Shown in pieces: positions 12,347-29,484 of a stretch of DNA of 64,000 nt; position 1 is the stretch's first letter; each line of letters begins with the position of its first letter. The stretch comes from Orbicella franksi (Eukaryota), in assembly GCA_964199315.1 (NCBI GenBank), contig OZ116710.1, positions 1,488,001 through 1,552,000 of the forward strand, read 5' to 3'. A program made the translations under genes and the position numbers. The notes beneath the pieces were generated by a model. The model saw nothing but the letters and a program-made list of their open reading frames with translations, searched no databases and had not been told where the DNA came from.

Positions 12347-15300
12347 TTAAAACTGAAGATTAGTTGAACTCTTCGTCCAAAAGGACGGCATTAAAAATAA
12401 TTGACGATGTCACTAAGTGATGGATGCTAGATCGGGTCCCGTGAGGTGGAGCAGTCTTTTCTAAGCTTCGTTATCTTTCCATTCTGGTTGTTCTGTTTTT
12501 AACTGATGTGGGATAGAATCAGTGAAACAACAGCGTCAGTGTGTTTCACTGATTCTCAGGTTCCCGAAATCGTGCAGCCATGCGTGAAATGAATTTTGTG
12601 TGATGGCGGCCAAACGCTTGTGGCCATAAAAAATCCAAAGTACCTTTTACTTGGTGGTGTTGTCTAATTTGTTGTCAGGTTGTGTGATGTAATCACCGCC
12701 CTTTTTAGACAAGGGTGACATGCAATACCAAAATATAGAAATTTGCTTTAACCCGAGAACTGCCTAGAGAGAGCTTGACACTGTACCCAAGCACGGCCAT
12801 TGTGTCCGAATTCTGGTGCGAGTACTAAAAAAAGGTGTGTACACATTAGTGTTGAGCGTAAATCGCACACAAGCCTTTAAGTCTACCTTAATTTGTATAC
12901 GATATATCTTTGCAAAATGTGTCAACTAAACGCTGATAATTACAAGACGCTTCGACACTGATTCTTTTATTTTTAGAAGGCGGATTCTGGTTCTATCTCA
13001 GGGACACCTAACGACAAACTTGCACCGGGAGTGTGGAATGAAGATTTTCACGTTTTTATCTACAAGAGATTTTTAAGCTGGTCTTACTGCACTAGTTTAG
13101 AACATTTTACAATTACAAGGCTATCCTATACCCTTGTAATTTGATCAGACTCGGTGTAAATAAACGACCATATACGATGTACTAAGAAATGATACAAACT
13201 GTTCTGTAACAGTTAAATATGTTTACATGTCAGTAACCAGAAATATTAAGCACAGCAGGTCGGAAATGGACAACAAAAAACATAAAAGTTGTGCCTTCAT
13301 TGCGAAGCGAAGCAGCATACCAATCTGGGCATGCGCGGCAGTTGTGCAGCGTCGAGGGACGCCTCGTGTCTCACCAGACACGAAAACGAGATTCCACGAG
13401 GCTGCACCATCACAAGGTTGAAGTTACAGCTGTGACGTCAATTTCTCTTCGAACGCTCTTCCAACGAATGATACGGCCGAACTTCCTAATGACTAATATG
13501 ACAAATTCTTTACCTAAACATAAGACAGCTGTAGTGAAGAGATTCGAATGTTGAGTACTGAGGTTCTAAATACTCGACGAATTCTCGAATGATCAAAACT
13601 CTACATGATTTTTTAAAGAAAGGAAACGGCGAGGAAAAATCTGCGTTGTGGTTAATGGTTTTTTAAAATAAGAAAAACTGAAGAAAAAAAAAACTAAAGG
13701 GCCAAGGAGAAAGTAAATATCAAATTATTGTGTCCTTGGGGACGATTACATTGCTCCAAATCATCAGTTACGTGCTTATCAGCAGAAAAAAAATATTGTT
13801 ATAATGCAAGTATGTTTTGTACTGCTGGGTTACTTAACCACAGCAGACTTGCATGAGTCAGTAGTTGTGCCGAAGTTCGCTCTTGAATTAGAACTAAGTT
13901 TAGTAAACCGTTCATTATTTTTGGTGACACGAAATTTTCCATCGGATGAAGACAGGGGTGCTCATTCATCAGGTTTATGTACGTTCCTGATGACCTCGAT
14001 CTGATGCTCACCGAATTTTTTAGCAGCTTGTAGAATAATTACGAAAGACGAAAATTTTAGCGAACAAAAAAGAAAACCGTCCAAAAATTATGGGACATTA
14101 TAAAAGGTGAGCTCGTCAATTCCGAAAATTCTAGGGAACCTTATAGCTTTCCGAAAAAAGTCGAAAAGTCTAGAGCATCGCTCAGCGAAAAATTCCGAAA
14201 TTCTTAGGCAACCTTCCATCCGAACAGATATTTTACCGAAATGTTCCGTTGGGTGCCCGTGATAAAGACGGAATAGTTCTACCGATCAGGAGATATGGAC
14301 AAAAGGCAGCTTAAAAAAATGGAAATCTTGAAATTGTGTGTCAATTGCTGATCACAAGAACAATGAACTGAAACTGTTCAGCAGTGTTCTGGCCATCTAG
14401 TTTTGTCTCTAACTCAAATCCTTGCAGGTTATGGGAAACAAATCATGTTTGAAATTTAAACGAAATTGATGTTAAATAATTTATCAGAATTACATTTGAT
14501 ATGTATTTAAATCGTGGCTTTTACACAATTTTCTTCCCATCGTATTACAGTCGCAATGTTGTCACCGAATAGTCCGAGCACGCCTTGCTTACCTATCTTG
14601 GCCAACACCTGACAACTTCAGTTCACAGGGCTTGGCTCCGTAAAAAGCCAACACAACTTAGAATAAGACACGTCGGGCATTTAAAACGCGGTGATAAATT
14701 TCAAGCTCCCGAGGACGGATGTACAGTTTCTCCTTCGGGTTTTAGGTTAAATCACAACAGACTCCTTGAAAACTATTCAACGAATTTCATTTGAAGGACC
14801 TGTAACATTCCATGATTACGAATGAGTACGTGCTTTACCCGAGATTTTTTTATCGATATTATTGTATGCTCTCTGTTGTTTGAGGCACAGAAATCCCAAT
14901 GAAATATTCTGATACAGCATAACACTGTTCTAGCAGGTGCTATGAATTTTAATCGTGTATATAACGAAGTCTCAAAGGACATCCCGTTCATTTTAGTTTT
15001 AGAGAGCGCCCTGTGATGTAAAGTTGAACTAGCATCTTCGTCGATGCACTTCTCCTCGCGTATAAGTATACGTTTTCGTTTTCTCTTTTCAAGTTCTTAT
15101 TAGCTTTTCGCTTCGTTTACAACTACCCTTTTCTGCAGTTTAGCGGTTTAGTATAGCCATTTTATTGAGAAGGTATTACGTGCACACAGTACAGAGATTG
15201 TTGAACACTGGGAGAGTGTCAAACGTTCGGAATAGCGAGTTACCAAGCTCGTTTAGCCAAGCACATCGGAACTGTAGGTTTGAAAGTTTCTAACCCAATA

Positions 15301-15357
15301 CCACATTTCAGAAGTAAGTTAATTTACTGGCTCCCTCGTTCGTCGTTTTTGTAACTA

Positions 15358-15695
15358 AAGAGCTTAAGCAATGACGACGGCGACCCAGAGGAAAACGCCT
15401 AGTAAAAAATGAATTTATATTTTACCTTCGAATTTCGCCATTGTCTAGATCTGTTCATTGCGCCTATTGGTCTCAGAACGTGCTCCAGTCAAATGTGTCA
15501 CGCCAGCGTTTAATTCCAAATAAATATACGAAAAATTAGCCACCGTCGTTGGTCATTTCACGTTGTTGTTGCGCAGAGGACGGCTAAGAAATGTACAAAG
15601 ATTTATCACGCACGTGCATCGCCATTGTTTTTCTCATTGAACGTTTTGTTTGGTGGTGTTCTCGTTGCCGAGAACGACGTTGCTCTGAGTTCTTT
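15358..15695. mobile_element. MITE of the same family as 44317-44684, in opposite orientation
   Basis: Degenerate TIR AGAGCTTAAGCAATGACGACGGCGAC. Internal blocks (TTTACCTTCGAAT, AAATGTACAAAGATT, GCACGTGCA) match the 44317 copy in reverse complement. Confidence 0.7.
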
Positions 15696-17629
15696 ACTGT
15701 TTCATATTGCCCATTGCTCTAATGCTCCGCGTTGCTGAGGGTAAATAGATCTCGAATTAATATATCTCAACAGCTTTAAAAACTGGCGTCAATGATATTC
15801 CATGAGCATTTTTATTATTTTCCCTTGCAGGAATTTGTTTGTTTGTTTGGACACAAACTCTGAACTTACTGCTCGTGAGGTTTTCAACTGGACTTAGTTT
15901 AGTCGTTTTTCTGCGGTTTTACTTTGGAAGACACTGTGTTGAGATGTTATGCAGCCACACTTGTGTCCTTTACTTTAGGACTGATTTCTAGTACATTCTA
16001 GGGTGAGCTATAATATCAAAATATTTAGTTGGAATTTCAGACATTAAGGCAGATTTGAGTTACAATTGCATTGTGGCTACTGTTTACCGACCTTCATGTT
16101 CAGTTGTTCAGATTTTCGTGAAATCAGAAATTATATACGAATAGAGTCAATTTTGAACAAACTACTTTGAATTCTACCTCGCTCAAAATAAAACAATTCT
16201 AAGAGAACATTAAGAAATTTGTTGATGCAAGCAATATTGACCGGTGTTATATGGCTGGTTTCTAACTACCGAACTGATTGAACTTTAAACTCGAAGGTAA
16301 CATATGGTTTTTTTAGTTTCCTCTCTCCTTCTGACACAAGACGAACAGAGGGGTATCCAAAGGAATTGTAACCATTATGAGCAGCCGTGTTAAGCTTTGG
16401 AGCTTCCTTCTCTCCTTACCAGCCTCTTCATGTGTAAAATTTGTTAGTGAACATAGCGATTTTTATATTATGCTTGTATGCTTCGTCCCTTTCTTGCCCC
16501 GGGGGCTTAAGCTTAAACTAGTAAATTAAAGCAAAATGATTTTTAAAATCGGTTAGCAAGTACAGAAAACTGTCAAGTGGTCTAAATAAGACTATTGGTT
16601 GAAACCCCCAAATAATTTTAGAGTGCGGGGCATTGAAGTTGTGGTAACTTTATGGTGAGAAGACTGGGTTTTTCCCTGGGTTTTTGACTATTACCGCGAT
16701 TAACATCTCACAAAGGGAAAGTGCGAGCAGTTGTTTCCTCTGATTTTGCCATTATTGATTAAATAGAGTTATTCTGTTGCTGTTGTTTGGCTAGTGTTGC
16801 TCCATAGAACTTTTTTCTATCGATTCGAGCATGGGTGATTTACTTTCAATTTCACCGCGTAGTTTTGAGCTTCCTTACAGCTTGTTTTAGAGGTCTGAAA
16901 TGGGGTATCGATTCGCTCAGGTCTGAAATGGGTATGGAAAACTGATCACAGATTTTGGTCTGAAATGGCGAACAGATTTAAGGTTCGGGCTGCACACCCC
17001 AAGAACAAACTTTGGGGAGTACCCCAACCCCCAGGTAAAAAGACTGAAGATATCTAGAAATTTGCGAGGTCTGTAAGTAAAATACAGCCTGAGTAAAACA
17101 TCACTTTATTTCTCACTAGGCGTTGTCCTCGCAGTCTCCGTCGTAACTGCTATATGAACAACCGCGCCCCTAGGACTAAAACATCTCAGATTCCAGTGCA
17201 AAGTTCTAATTTTTATACATATTTACCGCATTTCTCGAGGATAACCAACACAGGCTGGAAGTTCTTATCTATAGTATACCCTTAACAATTTATATGTTTT
17301 CAAGGAACCAATGATAATTAAACTAAATGAGAGCCAGTTTCGATAATCAAAATAAAGTGGGTGATTTTTACAAGAAAGCTATTCTTATACAACTGACTTC
17401 AAGCTCTTGATTTCTGATCAACTTCAATAGTTGATTAGAACTGTGCTTTTCATGACTTATCATCAGCCATCGAAACCTCGAGCCGTGTGTCCAGTAGATC
17501 AATAATCGATGATGATAACGCCATTGTATAACCATCCTTCACTGAAACTTTCCAGGTTACCAGAATGACATCAGGTTTGCAGTGGTGGGGGCGAAGGACG
17601 GTGACAGAGGAGTGGTCCTATAATCCAGA

Positions 17630-19909
17630 TTAGCAAAAACTACCCACCCTCCCCACTGCTGCTGTACTCCTGACAGTTCCACCACTGGATGCTCGTGTAA
17701 CAAGAGTACTGTCAGTGGCTTTAAGAGTTGGTAACACGTTGGTTTTTGAGCTTCGTCGTTTGAGAAGTTTCTCATGTTCCTCTTTCAATGCATTGTAATC
17801 CCGCTTGAGGTGAACAAAGTCTACAAAAGTGTGCTTCTCTGGTGTCTGCGATTTTAGAGCTGCTATCTCATTGAGAAGTCCTGTGATCCTGTTTTTGAGC
17901 AAGTCTCTCTCTTTGTACATGTGTTTCAAGGTTTGAGCGGAATCTTGAAGATTGAATTCCAAAAGTTTGTTCTCTTTGTCCAGTTTATCAATCTCTTCTG
18001 TTAAGGTTTCATTTTTCCCTTCAAGTTCTTGAATAAGTTCTTTTAGGTTAGCAATTTCCATCGCTTGATCCTGCTCCTCAGCTTTAGAAGCCTTGGCCAA
18101 TTTTGACTGCATTTCCAGAACCGCTATCCTAGATTTCAAGCTGTCCACCTCTGTTGACAGAGACTCATTTTCCATGCTGAAATCCCGCACACTCTTTTCT
18201 AGGATACTCTTCTCTTGTTTTAACTGTTCACAGTTTTGTTTAAGGGATTCAATAGTCGCTTTTGCCTCTTGAAGAGCTGAGCTCAATTTCTGAAATATAT
18301 AATTCATGTCTGTTATGAAAAAAACTCTTGTAAACTTTGTTCTGCAATAAATTTAACTACCCACTCTCGAGCTCTGGTTCATATCTTGACTGATTAATAT
18401 ATATTGGTATAGATACGTGTATAAAAGTTTATATAGGAACTAGTCTTTCAATCTAACAAACTCAGTTGAATCCACCTCGTGGTCAATCTTTTGTATTACA
18501 GACTCGATGCCTTTATACTCCACCAACAAGATATTTGTTCACTTCCAGACACCCCATGGAAAATAACTTGAAATTCTGATGGTTATTGTAAAAGCCGAGG
18601 TTTCAAAAGGAACGTTTAAAACTATACTGCAATTTCCAGAGGCACAATAATAGGGTGGTGGTTAAACCCAAAAATCTGGGAGAGTTTGGATGTTCTCTTG
18701 GCCAAGACAATCCTATGTAGTATCCACATGTTAGTCTGCAAAATGTCTAGCATACAGTCTATCATACAGTAATAGTGGCATGAAAGAATAAGGGTAAAAC
18801 AATAACCAGTAATATATGTCTCACAGTAAAATGTAAGATGGTTAAATTACTTGCAAACTATTAATAAAAGGGCAGGTCAATGTAGACGTCGTAGTAATTC
18901 TTCCCAAGTGGTGCTTTTCATAGTCAAGTTGTCTAATTTGTTCTCACTTACTGCAGCATCACTTCCTGTTCTTTCCAAACACTCAAGTTGTTCTTTAAGA
19001 ATTTTGTTTCTCTTGAGAAGACCTTCATTCTTTTCTATGAACTGTCATAGATGGAAAAAAATTGGATTAATTCACTGTCCTGAGTTTGGATAAAATTGCA
19101 TAGTATAGTTTTCTAAGTTGTATTCTGATAGTTTAAAACCATCAGAAACCATGGTTCAAAGGAAATAAAACAAAAACAAATAAATAATTAAAACAATAAT
19201 CATTTTGATGCTCAGGATGTAATGACTTTTGATGAGATAATACTTTTCTCAATTTGCAAGTTATTGGTAATTTTTTTAAATTTAAAACTCAGTATGATGA
19301 TCAACATACATACATGTGGTTATATGCTAACTTAAGATTTACATCACATTGTAAAATTGTATTGTATCTACCTGTTGCTTTTCCAATACCCAGCTGTTTT
19401 CTGCTTCAAGTTTCTCTGACACAATTCTCATAATCTGTTAAGAAACAATGTTAAACCCATAATATTAAAGGTTAATCTTATCAACCAAAATACAGTCAAC
19501 CTCATAGTAAAAAATTATGATGAGGGTTTTCAATGGAGTCTTGAGTTGATGGCAAGTTTACATACTCAGTTCTTATTGATCAACATTATTTTCATAAAGA
19601 TAGGCCAGAAATTACGTAATTTAGCTTGGAAAGGCCAGTACATTCTATCAGTCACTCAGGCTCCCATCAAAGAACCTATTAAACATTGAGCCTTGTAGGG
19701 ACCTATAGATCCATCAAATAAGGCTCTAAAATTGGAAAATCTGTGTATCAGAGATGTGAAGAAATATAAGAATAATTGGAGAAAACACAATTTTGTTGTC
19801 AACTCCAGACCTTTACAGGGATTAGTGCTTTGTTGGGATGAAAAAACCCAGTAAAAGGAGAAAGGCATTAAAGAGAGGTCACAATTAATTGAGGCTCAAC
19901 TGTAAATTG

Positions 19910-19949
<40 letters not shown>

Positions 19950-22335
19950 GCATTATTGAAGAAATTGTTTTGCATCCTTATATCCCCCTACTTGAATCAA
20001 TGTGTTACACTGTACCTCAATCTTGTGTTTCTCTGTCAAAGCAGTGCAGTTTTCATCAATCTTCATTAAGCAGTCCTTTTGCATTTGCTGTAGTTTTTCC
20101 TTTGTGTCATTTGCAATCTGATGAAGCTCTTGACATTTTGACAAATCACCCTAAAGACAAAAAGAAAACATTCTGTCACAATTATTCACAATGTTATAGA
20201 AAAACGTGATTTCCAGTAACATATAACATGAAATTATGGAAGTTTGGAAGAGTAAAAAAAGCTGAATGGAAATAAAACCTTTAGCTGAGAGATTTTTTTA
20301 GCTGTTTTAATTCAGTTCTTGTAGTACATGCTATCAGCTTTAAATCAACAAGAGACTAACAGTGGTAATCCTGATTTGTTACTTTTTGAAATTAAAAAAA
20401 AGTTGGATGAAGACAGACATTTTTGCTTTTTTTCAATCTGATTAGATTTAATATTAAGTTAAAAAATGAAATGCTCAGTCATTTTAAAAGAAGAATTAAA
20501 TTACAGTTAGTTTGTAATTTTATAGTAAGAGCTATCAAATGAAGAAGATCCTAAAGTTACGGGAACAGTTGAATTTTTTCTTAGCTCTCAAGATTATACA
20601 AGTCTCTAATCAATTAAGTACTCTTTGCAGATAGACAGTTCTGTGTAATTTGGTACAGAGCAGTGTAAACAAGGCATTTATTGCAGTCACACTTGAGATA
20701 AACTTCTAATCTACTAAATTAAACAATGGTAAACAAATTTAGTCAACTGGTAAATTAAAAATGCTAATTACTAACAAATACTGGAATGAGTTGATATTAG
20801 ATCTGACTGGGATACTGAGAATCACAGTAAAATGGCCAAATTACCAAAACGTACTGAGACAGCAGTTTAGACAACACACCATGGCAGGATTCTCTTATCA
20901 AATTGACATCTGGGAGTCATTAATCATGCTAAAAAAAAGTTGATCTCAAGATTACATGTACAAGAGCATGTACCATGCTCCTGTCTCACAAGGCTCAAGA
21001 TATGAAGTTTAAATGCTCCTGATAGACCAAGTCTAAATTGTTGCTCTGTTCCAAAAACTATTCTGGTCTACCTGAAAATTATGTCATAACAAAAGGGGCA
21101 AGTATCTGTGACCCAAATTACCAGATCATAACATCTCAACTTTGTGAGGTGACACAATGGCTGGTTTTTGGCCCTATTCTTTTTTGTATGTTCATGGACC
21201 AAGATGCAGCCCAACTCCTCCAAAAAGAATAAGGACAAGATCTAGCCATCTTGACCAAACAAGTTTGGTCAATAAAGGATTTATTGCATCTGACACAAAG
21301 AACACAATTTTTTTATTGCGCAGAGCAAGTGATGCTGAGCAGACCAGACAGTCCCATCTTGCCCAGTCAGGTAGGCAATCACAGTCCAGAATTTGTGTCA
21401 TCTTGGTTGATCTCTGAGCTAGCCAGTCATATTAGGGACCTCTAGACTGGACTATGAGTATGAGATTGATTCAAACCAGTGACGTTTCCAGAGCCCCAAG
21501 CTCGCTCTTCATGTTTTGGGTAGAGAGGGTAGCTCTTGGATGAGATGGGTATGTGATGTGACAATGTGAAGCTTGCAAACAAGAACTGGAAAGTCATACT
21601 CGTACTCAAATCTTATTTCCCCTAATAATATGAAGGCAGAGTACAACCTTCCCCCTGGGCTATGGTATTAAAAACAGGCTTCAACACATTTTAGTTCTAT
21701 TTCAACCCATTTTTTTCATTTTTAAGCTTTATTGGGAATAGCACATAACAACTTAGTACGAAATATTTTAACTTGATGAGTTACTTGTGACCTTAATATA
21801 CTAATGTTGATAAGAAAAAGCAGGTGTTAATTACGCAGCTCTCTGGCTTCCAGTGCTGCTATACGTGCGTGTAGGTTGGATTCACCGATGCATGACGCGC
21901 AGTTGATATTGTATAAAACCCATATTCTTTCGATTTTAGAGATTATGTTTCACACAGGGCAATATTTATAACCGATTCTTTATTCGTGTATCCAAACACA
22001 CCAATAATAGCCAGTCTTGTACCCGGTAACCAGATTTTAAAAGATGTCTGAAGAAGCGGACAGCGACTGTGTGATTATGCAGATGGCAGTTCAGAGTTCT
22101 TTAAAAAAAACACACTCTATCTTACCCGTAATTTCTCCACTTCTCGCTCCAGAAGATCACATCTTGCAGCTTTTGCCTGCTGTAGCTCCAGTTCAGCAAT
22201 TCTGGCTTTTAAGAGATCGTTTTCAGAGTGTAAATCTTGAAGGTGTAGCAGAGTTTTTATGTGTTTTCCTGTCAACCGTCCATCTTGGTCCACTCTATTC
22301 TCGTAGGTCGCTCTCCGTTCTGCTTTAGTGGACAT
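17630..22335 (-). CDS. Uncharacterised coiled-coil protein, about 393 aa, 5 coding exons
   Basis: Phase-0 exons 22126-22335, 19992-20150, 19372-19434, 18952-19041 and 17630-18289, with canonical splice sites. E/K/L/Q-rich heptad-like sequence and a disordered S/T/G tail. No family recognised. Confidence 0.8.
19911..19949. repeat. (ATT)n microsatellite
   Basis: Directly visible. Confidence 0.95.
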
Positions 22336-22596
22336 CGTCTTCGCCTTGAACAGTTGGCTTAATCGCAAGAATGTTTTCAAATCCTTTCAATTCTCTAATA
22401 CAGAAACACAAATGAAGTGAGAAAGTAGTTTAACTTCCCGCTTTTTCATAGCATTAAGTATCATAACAGTTACGAAGTTGTTTATTCGTCGGCAAGGAAC
22501 CACTCATTTGCATCTTTTGTAATAGGTTCCAGTTCCCTCTTCACCAACGGGGCTACGCTTAGCGCCTGGAAGAATTTCACACATTACACGTCTAAA

Positions 22597-24300
22597 ATGG
22601 GTGTCGACGAGTTTGGTGGCTTTGGGTCTATTATTGCAGCCTTTTTGGCTGCGGTTTTTGTTAATGTGGTGATATTTACTGTCTGGAAGGAATACAAAGA
22701 AAGAAAGGAGCAGGAAGAACGAAAGAAATGGTGGAAAGAAAACGTGATTTATCACATATATCCTCGCTCTTTCCAAGACTCTAGTGGCGATGGAAATGGT
22801 GATTTGCGGGGAATTATGAACAGGCTCGACTACTTTGAATTCCTAGGAATTAAGATTCTTTACTTGAGCCCAATTTTTAAATCGCCCATGGTAGATAACG
22901 GCTATGATGTGTCAGACTTCAAAGACATTGATTCCCTGTTTGGAAATCTGAACGACTTTGATGAGCTTCTTAAGGAGACCCATGCAAGAGGCATGAAACT
23001 CATCCTAGACTTCGTACCTAATCACACCTCAGATCAGCACCCCTGGTTCCTGGAAAGTCGCTCCAGTAGACAAAGTCCTAAACGAGACTGGTTCGTGTGG
23101 TTGGACCCAGCCCCAGGGGGTGGACCACCAAATAACTGGGTCAGCGTGTTTGGTGGAAGTGCATGGAGCTATGATGCTAAAACAGGACAGTACTACCTGC
23201 ATCAGTTTTGCTCTGAACAGCCAGACCTCAACCTAAGAAATATTGAGGTGCGTCAAGCTCTCAGTGAGGTTCTTATCTTTTGGCTGGATCGTGGTGTGGA
23301 TGGGTTTAGAGTGGACGCAGTTCCTCATCTTGTTGAAGATTCTAAATTTCGAGATGAACCCACCAAGTCTGAATACAACCCTTCACATCCTCAGCATGAT
23401 CACTTGGAACACATCTACACCAAAAACTTAGATAATAATCACAAAATTGTACAAGAGTGGAGAGCACTTCTTGATAAGTACAAAGACTCCTACAGAATTT
23501 TAATTGGTGAAATCATGGCAGACCTCCCAGATGTTATCAAGTACTATGGTGGAAGAAAGAACGAGTTTGACTTCCCTTTCAACTTTGGGTTGTTGGGATT
23601 AGATGAATCCAAAACTGCAGAGGATGTGTACCAAGTGATCTCAGAGTACCTTGCTGCACTCCCCAGGGGTAAATGGCCAAATTGGGTCCTGGGAAACCAT
23701 GATGTACCCAGAATAGGTAGTAAGGTTGGCCCAGAATACTGTCGTGCATTGAATGTACTCCTTCTTACCCTGCCTGGAACTGCAGTCACTTATTATGGGG
23801 AGGAAATTGGAATGACAGATGCAAAAGTCCCTCTAAAAAGCTGCAAAGATTTCCGAGACCCCCAGAGGTCACCCATGCAGTGGTGTAGTGAAAGACATGC
23901 TGGGTTTTCATCAGGGCCACAGCTGTGGTTACCAGTTGCAAAGAATTTCAAAACAGTCAATGTTGATGCACAGAAATTAGATCCAACCTCCATGCTACAC
24001 CTGTATCGGGAGCTTATGAGGTTAAGGTCAACATCTAAATGCTTCAAAGGACTCAGCTTTAAAGTTGTTCAGGTGGATACTTCGATCCTTGCCTACACAA
24101 GATCAGAACGGCATTGCAAGTTTCTCATAGTAATAAACTTTGGACATGAGAGTTGGAGGGGGGCGTTAAATGGTATCTCGGGTTCAGGAATTGTGGAAAT
24201 TGACAGTGAAATGAATATGAAAGGAACCAGCATGCAGTTTGATAGAATCACACTCCATAAAGCGCAGGCTCTTGTTATTAAAATGTCACAGAAACATTAA
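22597..24300 (+). CDS. Intronless GH13 alpha-glucosidase (maltase/rBAT-related) with an N-terminal membrane anchor, 567 aa
   Basis: Single ORF. TM segment IIAAFLAAVFVNVVIFTVW. GH13 motifs YHIYPRSFQDS, DNGYDVSDF, DFVPNHTS, GFRVDAV (nucleophile), IGE (acid/base), LGNHD, YYGEEIGM and RSPMQW. Confidence 0.95.
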   Translation: MGVDEFGGFGSIIAAFLAAVFVNVVIFTVWKEYKERKEQEERKKWWKENVIYHIYPRSFQDSSGDGNGDLRGIMNRLDYFEFLGIKILYLSPIFKSPMVDNGYDVSDFKDIDSLFGNLNDFDELLKETHARGMKLILDFVPNHTSDQHPWFLESRSSRQSPKRDWFVWLDPAPGGGPPNNWVSVFGGSAWSYDAKTGQYYLHQFCSEQPDLNLRNIEVRQALSEVLIFWLDRGVDGFRVDAVPHLVEDSKFRDEPTKSEYNPSHPQHDHLEHIYTKNLDNNHKIVQEWRALLDKYKDSYRILIGEIMADLPDVIKYYGGRKNEFDFPFNFGLLGLDESKTAEDVYQVISEYLAALPRGKWPNWVLGNHDVPRIGSKVGPEYCRALNVLLLTLPGTAVTYYGEEIGMTDAKVPLKSCKDFRDPQRSPMQWCSERHAGFSSGPQLWLPVAKNFKTVNVDAQKLDPTSMLHLYRELMRLRSTSKCFKGLSFKVVQVDTSILAYTRSERHCKFLIVINFGHESWRGALNGISGSGIVEIDSEMNMKGTSMQFDRITLHKAQALVIKMSQKH

Positions 24301-24465
24301 CTAATTCGCATCAAATAAACACATTGGGCTGAGGGGAATTGTGAAAGTAATGTATTAATAATAATATATTAATAGCACATCATTACTTGCGCCATGCATT
24401 TTTCTAGGCCAGTAAAAAACAGATTGTCCGTGTACTAGATTTTTAATGTATTTTTGTTCACTTAA

Positions 24466-25258
24466 GGTGGCCGAACACAGTTTCTGTGTGCACTTTTGCT
24501 GATGCAATTCAGTGCGTGCACAAGGATTGCAAAAACCAAACATGCTGTCAATAGAGCGATCCTTTCATTTACTCAACACCTGCACTATCTGTGCTATTTT
24601 TCTCTTTAATTGAATGCAGTGTATTGATGGCTTTAGTCTTTTATTACAAAGCTATGTTAGGAAAGGTAACCAGGCAAAGAACCCAGCAATTCTCAACTTT
24701 TGCTTTGTTTGTGAAATAACCCAGTTAAATGCAGCGCATGCGTAGTAAGTAAAAAAATTGTGATTGAATGAAAAATTGCACTCTCGGAAATACGCCTATT
24801 TCTCGAGGACCACTCATTAGAATTTCACGAAATTTGGCACGAAAATACTTCAGGAAATAAGTAACTGGAGTATTGAAAATAATTGAACTTTAACAAAGGA
24901 AATTCTAGATATTCCAGTGAACCTTCAGCAAGGGATAATTAAAGATCTCTCTGTTAAATTATTAGCAAAATGGTGTTAACTTGTGAGAATCGTTACAAGC
25001 TTGTTGCATGCAAATTATAGAGAAAATCTAATGACTAGATTTCTACAAATAAACAAAACCGATTTTAAAGGCCTGTTTATATTTATTCATGTTGCCATGG
25101 CAATGGCACCCACGTCAGCTTAACCATCAAAAAACCAAAGTTTGTGTTGTTAACTTGCTTGCTCCCATTTTTGGCGACCAAGAGATCAAGGGTTTTAGAG
25201 AAAAAGGTGAATGAAACACAGGTATCAAAAACTGTGTTCAGAAAAATACAATATATCC
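24466..25258. mobile_element. Possible decayed TTAA-flanked (Kolobok-like) non-autonomous element
   Basis: Left end TTAA|GGTGGCCGAACACAGTTT. A partial reverse complement AAACTGTGTTCAG lies near 25229-25241, followed by CC|TTAA at about 25257-25262. The right TIR is interrupted. Confidence 0.4.
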
Positions 25259-25548
25259 TTAATACAATATAGAATCCCCATCTGTTCTGCTTCATGTCAT
25301 TTTCATTGCTGATAATATGTTAAGCTACAAGTCTGAAAAGAAAGCAACCAGATTACTATTTAAAACCTCTCCATATGCTGTAGCTAGCTAAAGTGTTTTG
25401 TGGATGAAGACAGTTCTTGAATGTAGATCTTTTCATTGTTGAATCATTGTTTATAAACCACCAACCAGGACATCTAAACCATTAGCAGTGTCTGTGTATA
25501 TAAATCATTTCACTTGCTTTTCTTCAATAAACAAGAGGTTTCCTTGAC

Positions 25549-29484
<3,936 letters not shown>

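Noticed and set aside
13227-14991. Several short ORFs and a strong minus-strand donor (GTAAGC near 14590) upstream of the PLC-X gene
   Set aside because: I could not build a stop-free, phase-compatible model or recognise a domain. It may be UTR, lncRNA or a decayed sequence; RNA-seq is needed.
19889-20209. Plus-strand ORF with poly-Tyr
   Set aside because: Artefact of (ATT)n, antisense to a real coiled-coil exon.
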